This document shows, one piece after another, positions 55,266 to 64,000 of a DNA stretch of 64,000 bases (within the stretch, counting starts at the first letter, position 1; each line of letters opens with the position of its first letter). Location of the stretch: the NCBI GenBank assembly GCA_965223385.1, contig CBDCWR010000004.1:267258-331257 (forward strand). Direction: 5' to 3'. A program made the position numbers and the translations under genes. The notes beneath the pieces are model-generated. The model saw nothing but the letters and a program-made list of their open reading frames with translations. It was not told the origin of the DNA and did not search any database. This DNA is from Candidatus Multivoraceae bacterium. Its GTDB lineage: Bacteria > Acidobacteriota > Thermoanaerobaculia > Multivoradales > Multivoraceae.

Positions 55266-56555
55266 ATGACCGACACTTCCGACCTCCTCCGGCGCTACCG
55301 CGCCTCGCTGCCCTCCTTCGTGAGCCCGATGTTCGCCGAGCCGATCTCCATCGATCGGGGAGAGGGGGGCGTCGTCTGGGATCTCGAGGGGAACCGCTAT
55401 CTCGACTGGTTCGGCGGGGTGCTCACCACGATGATCGGCCACAACCATCCGCGGGTGGTCGCGGCGGTGCAGGAGCAGGCGGCCAAGGTGATGCACACCT
55501 CGACCCTCTACCTTTCCGAGCCGATGATCGAGCTGGCCGAGAAGATCTGTGAGCTCTCGGGGATCCCCGACGCGCGCGTCTTCTTCACGACCTCGGGCAC
55601 CGAGGCGAACGACACGGCCCTGCTCCTGGCCACGAGCTACCGGAGCTCCAACCAGGTGCTGGCCGTGCGCAACGGCTACCACGGGCGGTCGTTCACGGCG
55701 CAGGCGATCACGTCGCACCGGAGCTGGTCGTCCACGAGCATCTCGGGCCTCGACGTGCACTTCGTCCAAGGGGGCTACAAGCTGCGCAGCCCGTTCTGCG
55801 ATCTCGACGACGAGGCGTACACGCAGGCCTGCGCACGAGACCTGCAGCAGACGCTCGACATGGCGAGTGCGGGAACGATGGCCTGCCTGATCGCCGAGCC
55901 GATCCAGGGTGTCGGCGGTTTTGCGACCCCTCCGGACGGATTCTTCGGTGCGCTGCACGAGGTACTGCAGCCCGACGGGGTGCTTTTCATCAGCGACGAG
56001 GTGCAGACCGGTTGGGGGCGGACCGGAGAGCACTTCTGGGGCTACGAGGCGCACGGGCTCGTGCCGGACATGCTGACCTTCGCCAAGGGTGTGGGCAACG
56101 GCCTCAGTCTCGCTGGCGTGGTCGCGCGCGCAGAGATCATGGACACGATCCAAGCCACGTCGTTCTCGACCTTTGGCGGCAACCCGCTGTCGACCGCCGG
56201 CGGGCTCGCCACCGTCCAGGCGGTCCTCGACGAGGACATGCAGGCCAACGCCCTGCGCATGGGCCGGCGCATCGTCGATCGCCTCGGGCCGCTCGTCGCA
56301 GAGACGCCGTGGGTCGCCGAGCTGCGAGGGAAGGGGCTCATGCAGGCGCTCGAGACGGTTGGTGCGGACGGTCTCGACCCCGACCCCGGGAAGGCCGGCG
56401 AGCTGCTCGAGGGGTGCAAAGAGCGGGGCCTCCTCATCGGCAAGGGTGGCCTCTACGGCAACGTGCTGCGCATCGCTCCCATGCTGAACGTGCCGGAGAC
56501 CGAGATCGACGAGGGGCTCCATGCTCTGGAGGATGCCGTCCGCGCGATCGGCTAG
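55266..56555 (+). CDS. Class III (omega) aminotransferase, PLP-dependent
   Basis: GNRYLDWFGGVLTTMIGHNHPRV, FFTTSGTEANDTAL, ISDEVQTGWGRTG, and PLP lysine in TFAKGVGNG. Confidence 0.9.
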   Translation: MTDTSDLLRRYRASLPSFVSPMFAEPISIDRGEGGVVWDLEGNRYLDWFGGVLTTMIGHNHPRVVAAVQEQAAKVMHTSTLYLSEPMIELAEKICELSGIPDARVFFTTSGTEANDTALLLATSYRSSNQVLAVRNGYHGRSFTAQAITSHRSWSSTSISGLDVHFVQGGYKLRSPFCDLDDEAYTQACARDLQQTLDMASAGTMACLIAEPIQGVGGFATPPDGFFGALHEVLQPDGVLFISDEVQTGWGRTGEHFWGYEAHGLVPDMLTFAKGVGNGLSLAGVVARAEIMDTIQATSFSTFGGNPLSTAGGLATVQAVLDEDMQANALRMGRRIVDRLGPLVAETPWVAELRGKGLMQALETVGADGLDPDPGKAGELLEGCKERGLLIGKGGLYGNVLRIAPMLNVPETEIDEGLHALEDAVRAIG

Positions 56556-56628
56556 CTCGCAGAGCGTGGCCCCTGCGGTCTCGGTTTCTACGGATAGCTT
56601 GACCCCACAGCCACAGCGAGCATCCGGC

Positions 56629-58383
56629 ATGCTCCTTGCTCGGTGGGTTCCGCTCCTCGTGGCTGTGACGTTGCCCCTCCTGGGCTGCAGCTGGAACCGG
56701 AGTGTCCCCCGCGAGGAACCTGTCCCCCGACACGAGTGGTCCCCATGGAGGCCCGATGTCGACAAGCCGGAGAACGCGGACGACCCGGCTGCCCTCCTCC
56801 CGGCTCCCGAGGTCGGGCCCCCTGGGGAGCTCCCTTCCCTCGAGAACGCGTTCCAGTTGGTCCGCGGCCCCGAAGCTCCAGGGGCACCCGGGGAGGCGCA
56901 GGTTTTTGCGGTCGACCTGAAGCGCCTCAACGCGGCGTGGTCCGGTCCGTGGATCCGCACCGTCGAGGACGCGTTCCAGGTGGAGGTGGAGACTTCCGTC
57001 GGGCATGTCCTGGCCCCGACGCACCTCTTCGGCGAGCGCCTCGTGGTGCTGCCGTACCACGACGAAGACGGCCGTCTCGACGCGGCCGGCGAGCCGGTCG
57101 CGCGCGGCGACGCCATCCTCGCGGAGGTGTTCCGCCCAGGCGACATCGGCATCGCCCTGCGGCACCGCCGCGTGCAGCGTCGGCGGCTCGGGGCATCTCT
57201 CAGCCCACCGCTCGCGCAGTCCGCGCTCCAGCTCGAGGACGGCCACCTCCAGGTCGTGCTTGGTGTGGAGCGCGACGGTGCCCCCGGTGTCATCACGATG
57301 TCGAGCCCCCAGAACTACGAAGGAGGCCGCTTCGGAGACGCCGACTACCCGTTGATCTTCTTCCGGGTCAGGCTGCCCGACTACCTGTCAGAGGACCAGA
57401 ACGCCGCGTTCGTGCGCAACGTGCGCACGATGCTCGTTGGGCTCAATGCGGTGACGCGCTTCTCGGTGAACTTCGGCAGCGGTGACCGGCTCAGCGCCGT
57501 GAGCCCCACGGAAGCGATCCACTTCGCGGCGCTCATGGTGCGTGCCGTGACGGGCGACGAGGCCGCAAGGGCCGAGTTGATGGAGCGGCGGAACCACGTC
57601 TACTGCTCGGAGCTCGCCTACCTCGCCCTGAGCGCAGGACTCCACGCTCCCTTGAATGCGAAGACCTTCGTGCCCCTCGTGGGTGAGGACACGTGGCGTG
57701 CCTTCGAGTCCGAGGTGCTGGCCCAGCGTGCCGGCGAGCGCGGTGCGCTGGCGAGAAATCGAAACCCCCTCGTCGGCCTGGTCGATGTCGGCCTGGCTCC
57801 TGAGGATCTCGACCCCGTTGCGCTCTACGCACCGCCGCAACAGCGCCAGTCCGTGCTCCAGAGGATGGCCGTGCCACCGCTGGGGCTCGCGGACCTCGTC
57901 GACCTGGCCGTGCGAGCGCTCGTGCCGCGCGAGATCGAAGGTGAAGCCCTGGGCGCACTGCAGGCCGAGCTGCTGCAGATGGTCGGGCCTGCGCTGCTCG
58001 ACTTCGCCGCCCGCGACAGCCAGTGGCCCGATGCGGCGCGAAGGGAAGCCGACGCGCTCTTCGCGCGCATCGTCGACCTCGTGGCGGCGGAGCATGGCGA
58101 CTACGACGCGTTCCGGAAACGGCTCGAGCCGCTGCTCCGTGAAGCGCGCGCTCAGCTCGACGATCACGCGGCGAGCGCGGAGGTGCGTCACGTGCCGCCC
58201 GCGACCTTCCATTTCATGGCCCTGGGCCTCCTCGAAGGAGGCCTGATCCACGTCGAGTACGCGGGCCACGGGATTCACTACTCGCTCGTGCGGCAGCCGC
58301 CCCCGAGCGAAGCTCCGCACAGCAAGGGAGTGCTTTCATGGCAACCAAGTACAGCATCGCGCGCGACTGCCTCCTCCAGGTGA
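56629..58383 (+). CDS. Hypothetical lipoprotein, 585 aa
   Basis: MLLARWVPLLVAVTLPLLGCS (lipobox LLGC). An internal NHVYCSELAYLAL resembles the Cys motif of permuted papain-like (YiiX/NlpC-P60-type) enzymes; that assignment is weak. Confidence 0.55.
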   Translation: MLLARWVPLLVAVTLPLLGCSWNRSVPREEPVPRHEWSPWRPDVDKPENADDPAALLPAPEVGPPGELPSLENAFQLVRGPEAPGAPGEAQVFAVDLKRLNAAWSGPWIRTVEDAFQVEVETSVGHVLAPTHLFGERLVVLPYHDEDGRLDAAGEPVARGDAILAEVFRPGDIGIALRHRRVQRRRLGASLSPPLAQSALQLEDGHLQVVLGVERDGAPGVITMSSPQNYEGGRFGDADYPLIFFRVRLPDYLSEDQNAAFVRNVRTMLVGLNAVTRFSVNFGSGDRLSAVSPTEAIHFAALMVRAVTGDEAARAELMERRNHVYCSELAYLALSAGLHAPLNAKTFVPLVGEDTWRAFESEVLAQRAGERGALARNRNPLVGLVDVGLAPEDLDPVALYAPPQQRQSVLQRMAVPPLGLADLVDLAVRALVPREIEGEALGALQAELLQMVGPALLDFAARDSQWPDAARREADALFARIVDLVAAEHGDYDAFRKRLEPLLREARAQLDDHAASAEVRHVPPATFHFMALGLLEGGLIHVEYAGHGIHYSLVRQPPPSEAPHSKGVLSWQPSTASRATASSR

Positions 58384-58559
58384 AGGAGGCGGCCGTGGCC
58401 GGCGGTCTCGACCCCAGCGAATGTCTCGAGGCCCTCCTCGTGCTCGGTGTGCTCGAGCACGCCGAGTTGGCCGGGGGTGCTGCCACGCAGGCGCTGCTCG
58501 CGTACGAGCTGGCTCAGATCGAGGGGCGCCTCGATCTCGACTTCATCCGCTCGCGCTGA
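58338..58559 (+). CDS. Small hypothetical protein (73 aa)
   Basis: ATG with AAGGGAG 8 nt upstream. Helical, non-repetitive sequence. Overlaps the tail of the upstream lipoprotein ORF by 46 nt. Confidence 0.4.
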   Translation: MATKYSIARDCLLQVKEAAVAGGLDPSECLEALLVLGVLEHAELAGGAATQALLAYELAQIEGRLDLDFIRSR

Positions 58560-58616
58560 GCGCGAGACATCCGCTCGCGCTGAGCGCGAGACATCCGCTC
58601 GCGCGAGCCGCGAGGC
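58544..58616. repeat. 2.5 tandem copies of a 24-bp hairpin unit (CATCCGCTCGCGCTGAGCGCGAGA) between convergent genes; likely a bidirectional terminator or REP-like element
   Basis: Each unit has a 7-bp stem CTCGCGC/GCGCGAG with loop TGA. The first loop is the stop codon of the 73-aa ORF. Confidence 0.7.
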
Positions 58617-58619
58617 TCC

Positions 58620-59573
58620 CTAGCGCGGCATCACGGAGTAGCCGTAGCGCCCGAGTAGAGGCCAGGTGAAGGCGGAGACGATGGCCTTGCGTGCCCACGG
58701 CAGCTTGGTCTGCCACTCGTCGTCGAGGCGGAGCTTGACCGGGCCCTGCGTATGGCGCGCGACGTTCCCGGCGACCGCGTGGGTGGGGCCCATCTGAACG
58801 GTCGATGCATCGACGAACGGAAGCTCGCGGTCGCCGAGACCGACGAGCTCGACGGCCTTCTGCATCATGGTCTCGGGCTCGCGGATGAACTGCTCGTACG
58901 GGAAGAAGAGGTAGTTCGCGTCCGGTCGGTTCCAGAGACGTGTGATCGCCGGATTCCACATGAGCCAGTAGAAGTTGTTTTTCACGAGCCCCTGCTGGGG
59001 CAGGTAGAGCCCCGGGTCGTACTCCTTCTTGCGGCTCCAGGAGTACGCGGTGGCGCGCGGGTCGCGTACGAGGTGGAGGACATACAGCTCGACGTTGGGG
59101 AGGAGGTCGAGCATGTACGCGTACATGGGCCACTTCGAGGCGTCGACGATCACCTCGCAGCCGGTGACCTTCGGAATGGCCGCGTAGAGCTTCTCCAGCG
59201 TGGCGAGGTAGTCGAGACGCATTTCACCCTTCGGTCTGGCGTGGCGCCCGCGCAACACCATCCCCGGCAGATGTTTGGTCTGCGTCATGCGCTCCCGGTA
59301 GCCCACCAGCTTCTGGGGGTCGATGGCGTCCATGCCGCCAAACGCCTCGTCGAAGATGGCATTCCAGGTGGGGCACTCGAGGAACGGGGCGCCACAGCCG
59401 CAGGGGCGGTTCTCGATGAAGCCGCGGTCCCAGATGCGGCGGAGCTCGCCAACGGCGAAGGTGCCCTCGACCTGGCCGAGAAGGACGTCGAGCAGCGTGC
59501 TGCCGCTGCGCCCGTTGCCGGCGATGTAGAGGACCTTGGTCTTGGAATCAGTCATGGGCATGGGATCCGTCAT
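58620..59573 (-). CDS. Sulfotransferase family protein
   Basis: PAPS-binding 5'-PSB loop VLYIAGNGRSGSTLL. CxC/Cys cluster NRPCGCGAPFLECP. Start uncertain (ATGs at 59603, 59573, 59561, 59555). Confidence 0.7.
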   Translation of the reverse strand: MTDPMPMTDSKTKVLYIAGNGRSGSTLLDVLLGQVEGTFAVGELRRIWDRGFIENRPCGCGAPFLECPTWNAIFDEAFGGMDAIDPQKLVGYRERMTQTKHLPGMVLRGRHARPKGEMRLDYLATLEKLYAAIPKVTGCEVIVDASKWPMYAYMLDLLPNVELYVLHLVRDPRATAYSWSRKKEYDPGLYLPQQGLVKNNFYWLMWNPAITRLWNRPDANYLFFPYEQFIREPETMMQKAVELVGLGDRELPFVDASTVQMGPTHAVAGNVARHTQGPVKLRLDDEWQTKLPWARKAIVSAFTWPLLGRYGYSVMPR

Positions 59574-59621
59574 TGGAAGAGAAGAGAAGAACCGACAGAC
59601 CAAAGGGAATGGTATCGCGCC

Positions 59622-61043
59622 TCAGACCGAAAGGGTGGGTCGGCGCCCTCGCAGCCGAATGCCGCCTGTGAGCGTCAGGCACGCCGCGTACACGGCAGCT
59701 CCGAGGGGGACGGCGCTCCAGACGGCGGGGTCCTCCATGGCGCGGAGCGCGGCGACCATGACGGCAGTGGCGAGCGCGGCGCGCCAGACTCGTCGCGGGC
59801 CGAGGAGCGGGAAGCGCACGGAGCGTACGAAGACGAGGACCAGCCCCCACCGCGCGACCTCGGTGGCCAGTGTGGACACGGCCGCACCGGTCATTCCGAG
59901 CGTCGGAATCAACGTCGCGTTGAGCGCCAGGTTGAGGATCACGGCGGCGACCGTGGAGCGCAGGATGAGGCGTTGCTGGTCGTGCACGATCAGTCCCTGC
60001 TGCAACACCCCGCGCAGAAGGAGAAAAGGAACCGACAGGACCAGAATCTGCAGCACGGGGCCGGCCGCTCCGAACTGCTCGCCGAAGCTGACGCCCATCA
60101 CGCCCGTTGCCACGAGAAAGCCGCCCGCCGCAATGGGCAAGGTCGCCGCGGCCACCTGCGCCTGGGCCGTGAGGAAAAGCTCTCGCTGCTCCTCTTCGCC
60201 ACGCTTGCGCTCGCGTGTGAGCGTGGGCAGGAGGCTGGCGTTGTAGTTGGCCCCGAGGTTCGCGAGAAACGTGATGAGCGTGAAGGCGGCGAGGTAGAGC
60301 CCCACCTCGCCCGTGTCGTGGAGCACTCGCAGGAACAGCAGGTCGGAGTTGTAAATCACGAGGCCGAGCAGGGTGGTCAGCACGAGCGGAGCGGCGCGGT
60401 GGAAGACGGGGCGGGCCAGGTCCCAGTCGAGGTGCAGGCGAAAGGCGGCACGCTCGTGGTGCCTCAGCCACACGAGCAGGACGCCGGCAGTGAGGAAGTC
60501 GCCGACGACTTGCGCGACGGGAACAAGGAGAAGGTCTCCCGGGTCGCGCACGAGCAGCAGCACGAGGGCGACACGGAGGAGCTCGCCGAGCACGCGGGCG
60601 AGTGCCACGCGGTGAGCCTGCTCGAGGCCGATGTGGATCCAGCGCGTCGATGCGCCGACTGCCAGCAGGGTGAGCCCGTACAGGGCGAGTGCATGCCCGT
60701 CCGGCTGCTCGAGGACAAAGGTCCCCGCCAAGGCGAGCGCGGCCGTGAGGAGGAGCGACACCAGAGCCCTCACGGCGAGCAGGGAAGGCGCCACGCGCAC
60801 GAGGAAACCTTCGTCGCTCGCGATGTCGCGGGGCCCCAGCGCCTCGATGCCGAAGTCGGCCAGCCGAACGAAGTAGAGGAGCACCGCGGAGGCGAAGCCG
60901 ACCACGCCGTAGCCCTCGGCGCCGAGCACGCGCCCGACCCAGATCATGCTGAGAAAGACCAGGACCCGCGCGAGAATCTCGCCGGCTCCGAGCAGCATGA
61001 AGTTGCGGGCGACGACCTGGTCGCCCGAAGCGCTGGGCTTCAT
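59622..61043 (-). CDS. Wzx-like polysaccharide flippase (MOP superfamily)
   Basis: About 12-14 TM helices. N-terminus ARNFMLLGAGEILARVLVFLSMIWVGRVLGAEGYG is typical of polysaccharide biosynthesis / oligosaccharide flippase proteins. Confidence 0.75.
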   Translation of the reverse strand: MKPSASGDQVVARNFMLLGAGEILARVLVFLSMIWVGRVLGAEGYGVVGFASAVLLYFVRLADFGIEALGPRDIASDEGFLVRVAPSLLAVRALVSLLLTAALALAGTFVLEQPDGHALALYGLTLLAVGASTRWIHIGLEQAHRVALARVLGELLRVALVLLLVRDPGDLLLVPVAQVVGDFLTAGVLLVWLRHHERAAFRLHLDWDLARPVFHRAAPLVLTTLLGLVIYNSDLLFLRVLHDTGEVGLYLAAFTLITFLANLGANYNASLLPTLTRERKRGEEEQRELFLTAQAQVAAATLPIAAGGFLVATGVMGVSFGEQFGAAGPVLQILVLSVPFLLLRGVLQQGLIVHDQQRLILRSTVAAVILNLALNATLIPTLGMTGAAVSTLATEVARWGLVLVFVRSVRFPLLGPRRVWRAALATAVMVAALRAMEDPAVWSAVPLGAAVYAACLTLTGGIRLRGRRPTLSV

Positions 61044-61197
61044 GGCAGAAGACAGGGAAGTGAATCGGAAGGAATGCGCGACAGCCCGACGCGCGGCGGG
61101 CCAAGGCTATCCCGTTTCGGCGGCCAGCTCGTCGAGGGCGATTGGCTGGCTTGAACGAGATATGCTCTGAAAGCATGAAGTCTCGGAGGGAGGCGCA

Positions 61198-64000
61198 GTG
61201 AAGCGAGAAGGGGGAGGGCGCCAATGGCAAGCCGCGGCGCACCGTGCGTCGCGCCCGCAGGGGGCTGCGGCGCGCGTGACCCGCCCGCAGGGGGCTGCGG
61301 CGCGCGTGACCCGCCTCGTGGGCCTGGCTGCTTCCTTCGTGGTCGCGCTTTCACTGTCGACTCCTGGGCTCGGGCAGACAGCGACGCCGCGCCTCCTGCA
61401 CGACATCCAGTCGGTGCCGTTCAACGGCCCCCTGAGGTCGGCTGTCAGGACCACGGTGGCCTTCGAGGGCGCCTTCTTCTACCCGGCCGACGACGGCATC
61501 CATGGCCGCGAGCTGTGGCGCAGCGACGGCACTCCTGCAGGCACCCACATGGTGCGCGACATCTGTCCGGGCGTCTGCTCCGGCCTGCCGGAGCGGCTTA
61601 CGGTGGCGGGCGGCCAGATCTTCTTCACGGCGCAGGACGGCGAGACGGGCGTGGAGCTCTGGCGGAGCGACGGCACGAAATCCGGCACGGCTCGGGTGGC
61701 AGACATCGTGCCGGGCCCGGACTCGTCGTGGCCGCTGAGTTTCACAGCCCTCGGACACCTCGTGCTCTTCGCCGCGGCGACGGCCGATCCCGGGTATGAG
61801 CTGTGGCGCTCCGATGGCTCGGCCTCGGGGACGTTTCGACTGGCCGGTATGCCGCCCAGTTGGGAAGGTGGTGATCCCTCTCAGACAGTGGTCGTCGGAG
61901 AAGTCGCGGTCTTCACAGCGAGGACAGCGGCATACGGTAGCTCTACGACCCTGTTTCGCACCGACGGCACTGTCGAGGGCACGAGGGAGCTGGTCGACTT
62001 TGCGCCGAGCAGGGTGAGCGGCGCCTTCGACAATCGGCGAGAGTCTGAGTGGCCTGTCGTGGGCAACACCGCGTATTTCTCGGTCGACTCCCGGCCGGGT
62101 GGCCGAGTCTGGAGGACGGACGGCACCGTCTCGGGCACCTTTCCGGTAGGTCCAGCCTTCTCGAGCCGCGTTCCCCGCGAGCTGCAGGCGTCGCAGGACC
62201 TCGTGGGGTTTCTGGCTCCCAGCACACCGACCGGCAACGACCGGAGCGTGTGGGTCTCGGATGGCAGTGTGGCAGGGAGCCTGGAGATCTCGTCGACGCT
62301 TTGCGACTTCCCCCTCCGTCTGAATGGCACGGAGGTTGGCCTCTTCTTCAAGTGCTACAACACCGCGAGCGGCGGAGAGGTCTGGTTCACAGATGGCACG
62401 ATCGCTGGGACGCGGCAGCTCGCCGATTTGGCTCCCGGACCGGCGCACTTCGGACTGCAGGGGCGGATGCAGCCGCTGCCCGGAGGAGTGATCTTCAGCG
62501 GCGATCGAAGTGGCGGCCAGCCGGCGTCGGTCGAGACCTGGTTCAGCAATGGAACGCCGCAAGGCACGGTTCTCTTGCCCATCACGGGGGCCGAACAGAC
62601 GCGGCAGTCTTCGCAGGTGCTGGGCGGTCGCGTCCTTTTGTGGGGCAGTGGCTTTGCGCAGCCAGTCCTCCACGTGACCGATGGCTCTCCCTCCGGAACG
62701 ATGGTCGTGGGTCCAGAGCACGCTCAGTCTTCCAGCTTCCCCCGGCAGCTCTCGGCGTTCGCCGACTCGCGGTGGTTCTTCCAGACGCTCGGCCTGGGTG
62801 GTCGGACGCCGTTCTTCCCCGACGTCTTGGAGTGGGTCGCGACGGACGGCTCCGGCCTTTCGCCGGCTTCACTTGCTCCGTACCCCGAGTGGCTCGTCCA
62901 ACCCCCATTTGCTGAGAGTGCCGGGCGTGTCTTCTTCAACTCCCGGCCCCGCTTCGCTGATCCTGCAGGAGGACCTCCCGGAGCTCTGTTTTCGGTGAGC
63001 GACCAGCTCACGGACCTCCGCATCGCGACGGGGCCGGCGGGGAACCGGCTGCAGGAGTTCCATGGCCAGGTCTACATGGGGGCGTCTCGAAGCACTCCGA
63101 CGGGAAGGGGGCTCGTGGTCGTCGATCCGGTCACCGAGCAGGTTGGCTTGATCCCGGGACCTTCACCTGCACGGGAGTATCCGTTCCTTGGGCTCGATGC
63201 GTGGCTCGAGACCGAGCAGCGGCTCTTCTTTCCGTCGGTGACGGGTTTCTGGTCCATCGACGGGCAAGGTAGTCCGCTGGACCACCTTCCTGGTGTGACG
63301 GCCAGTCATGGCCTGGCGCACTCGAGCTCCGGATACGTCTTCTTCACGGCCGAGACCCCCTCGACTGGCCGCGAGGTGTGGAGCGTGGACCCGAGCTCAG
63401 GCGCGAGCACGCTGCTCGAGATGCGTCCCGGCGTGGAGCCCGGGGTCTTCCGGGCCGATCGACTGACGGGAGACAACACCCCCTTTGTCGGTGTCGCGCT
63501 CGGCGACCTCTACCTGTTCACCGGCGACGACGGGATCACGGGCCCCGAGCTCTGGGCGACACCACCCGAGGGGCCGCCGGTGCTGCTCGCCGACATCGCA
63601 CCGGGCGCGCAGGGCTCGTACCCGCAAGCGCTGACGGTCGTGGGCGACCGGGCGCTCTTTCGGGCCAACGACGGCGCGCACGGCAGTGAGCTCTGGGTGA
63701 CGGATGGCACCGCGGACGGCACGCTCATGCTCTGCGACATTCGCGCCGGCCCGGATTCGTCCCTGCCTCTGGATCTCCAGCTGGTGGACGGCGTCCTCCT
63801 GTTCTCGGCACTGGACGAGGGTTCCGGCAGGGAGCTCTGGGTGAGTGACGGCACGGTCACTGGCACCCACCTTCTGCACGACATCGCGCCTGGAGCACAT
63901 TCGTCGAGCCCGAGCGGCTTCCTGGTGCGGTCGGACGTCGTGCTGTTCTCGGCCAACGACGCCCAGCACGGGTTCGAGCTGTGGGCGCTCGACCGACCCG
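61198..64000 (+). CDS. Large secreted ELWxxDGT-repeat protein (partial; continues beyond the right window edge)
   Basis: Own translation of frame 1, not in the ORF track because it has no stop. Signal RLVGLAASFVVALSLSTPGLGQTA. About 15 repeats at 50-60 aa spacing (GRELWRSDGTPAGT, VELWRSDGTKSGT, YELWRSDGSASGT, RVWRTDGTVSGT, EVWFTDGTIAGT, SELWVTDGTADGT, RELWVSDGTVTGT, FELWALD). GTG 61198 has GGAGG 8 nt upstream; alternative GTG starts at 61276 and 61306. Confidence 0.75.
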   Translation, partial: MKREGGGRQWQAAAHRASRPQGAAARVTRPQGAAARVTRLVGLAASFVVALSLSTPGLGQTATPRLLHDIQSVPFNGPLRSAVRTTVAFEGAFFYPADDGIHGRELWRSDGTPAGTHMVRDICPGVCSGLPERLTVAGGQIFFTAQDGETGVELWRSDGTKSGTARVADIVPGPDSSWPLSFTALGHLVLFAAATADPGYELWRSDGSASGTFRLAGMPPSWEGGDPSQTVVVGEVAVFTARTAAYGSSTTLFRTDGTVEGTRELVDFAPSRVSGAFDNRRESEWPVVGNTAYFSVDSRPGGRVWRTDGTVSGTFPVGPAFSSRVPRELQASQDLVGFLAPSTPTGNDRSVWVSDGSVAGSLEISSTLCDFPLRLNGTEVGLFFKCYNTASGGEVWFTDGTIAGTRQLADLAPGPAHFGLQGRMQPLPGGVIFSGDRSGGQPASVETWFSNGTPQGTVLLPITGAEQTRQSSQVLGGRVLLWGSGFAQPVLHVTDGSPSGTMVVGPEHAQSSSFPRQLSAFADSRWFFQTLGLGGRTPFFPDVLEWVATDGSGLSPASLAPYPEWLVQPPFAESAGRVFFNSRPRFADPAGGPPGALFSVSDQLTDLRIATGPAGNRLQEFHGQVYMGASRSTPTGRGLVVVDPVTEQVGLIPGPSPAREYPFLGLDAWLETEQRLFFPSVTGFWSIDGQGSPLDHLPGVTASHGLAHSSSGYVFFTAETPSTGREVWSVDPSSGASTLLEMRPGVEPGVFRADRLTGDNTPFVGVALGDLYLFTGDDGITGPELWATPPEGPPVLLADIAPGAQGSYPQALTVVGDRALFRANDGAHGSELWVTDGTADGTLMLCDIRAGPDSSLPLDLQLVDGVLLFSALDEGSGRELWVSDGTVTGTHLLHDIAPGAHSSSPSGFLVRSDVVLFSANDAQHGFELWALDRP
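61252..61311 (+). repeat. Perfect 30-bp tandem duplication (CGCCCGCAGGGGGCTGCGGCGCGCGTGACC x2) in the 5' end of the ELWxxDGT gene
   Basis: Read directly from the sequence. It is in frame (RPQGAAARVT x2). Each copy carries an in-frame GTG and an AGGGGG purine tract. Confidence 0.9.

Noticed and set aside
58752-61242. 800-aa plus ORF and 564-aa minus ORF (59548..61242)
   Set aside because: They overlap the well-supported sulfotransferase and flippase frames. They lack hydrophobic or catalytic patterns.
61351-62721. 456-aa minus ORF (and 63397..63969 minus, 62049..62915 plus)
   Set aside because: They are antisense or off-frame to the ELWxxDGT repeat protein, whose frame is open across the whole region.

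Overview
High-GC (about 70%) bacterial chromosomal segment, densely coding. I support about 57 protein genes. I recognised no rRNA, tRNA, CRISPR array, transposase or prophage by eye. All functions come from motif recognition in the supplied translations and my own translations; no database search was possible.

CONTENT
- Housekeeping metabolism: enolase, phosphofructokinase, PntAA/AB/B transhydrogenase, acyl-CoA dehydrogenase, glycerate kinase, a cysteine-synthase-like enzyme, aldo/keto reductases and amidohydrolases.
- Envelope functions: MltA, an M61 peptidase, an S8 peptidase, a GT-C glycosyltransferase, and a sulfotransferase plus flippase.
- A PadR + duplicated-FtsX (ADOP-type) permease pair. 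Together with CRTAC1/ASPIC-UnbV and ELWxxDGT proteins this hints at an Acidobacteriota-like or related lineage (low confidence).
- A VapBC toxin-antitoxin pair.

MOST NOTABLE REGIONS
1. 26.4-33.9 kb. A complete Mto/Pio-type porin-cytochrome electron conduit: MtrA-like decaheme, a large outer-membrane barrel, a NapC/CymA-like tetraheme, an ATGA-coupled small membrane protein, and a divergent monoheme cytochrome. It lies directly beside a XoxF-type PQQ alcohol dehydrogenase carrying the lanthanide-signature D-Y-D motif, with a XoxJ-like binding protein and a cytochrome c that has an unusual CX3CH heme motif.
2. 40.04-40.68 kb. A 650-bp intergenic array of five roughly 100-bp structured repeats. 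The hairpin stems covary between copies. A related copy lies at 17.6 kb.

OTHER OBSERVATIONS
- Two clear single-nucleotide frameshifts, one in a REC-REC-GGDEF-EAL gene and one in a solA-like oxidase.
- A remnant phosphotransferase gene.
- An S8 protease with ten GFLW(A/S)D hexapeptide repeats.
- A signal-peptide CHAT-like protein that lacks the catalytic Cys/His.
- A 30-bp tandem duplication containing the candidate start codon of a large ELWxxDGT-repeat protein.

CAVEATS
- Two edge-truncated genes (1..999 minus, 61198..64000 plus) are absent from the ORF track because they run off the window.
- Many long ORFs in the track are GC-driven antisense shadow frames.
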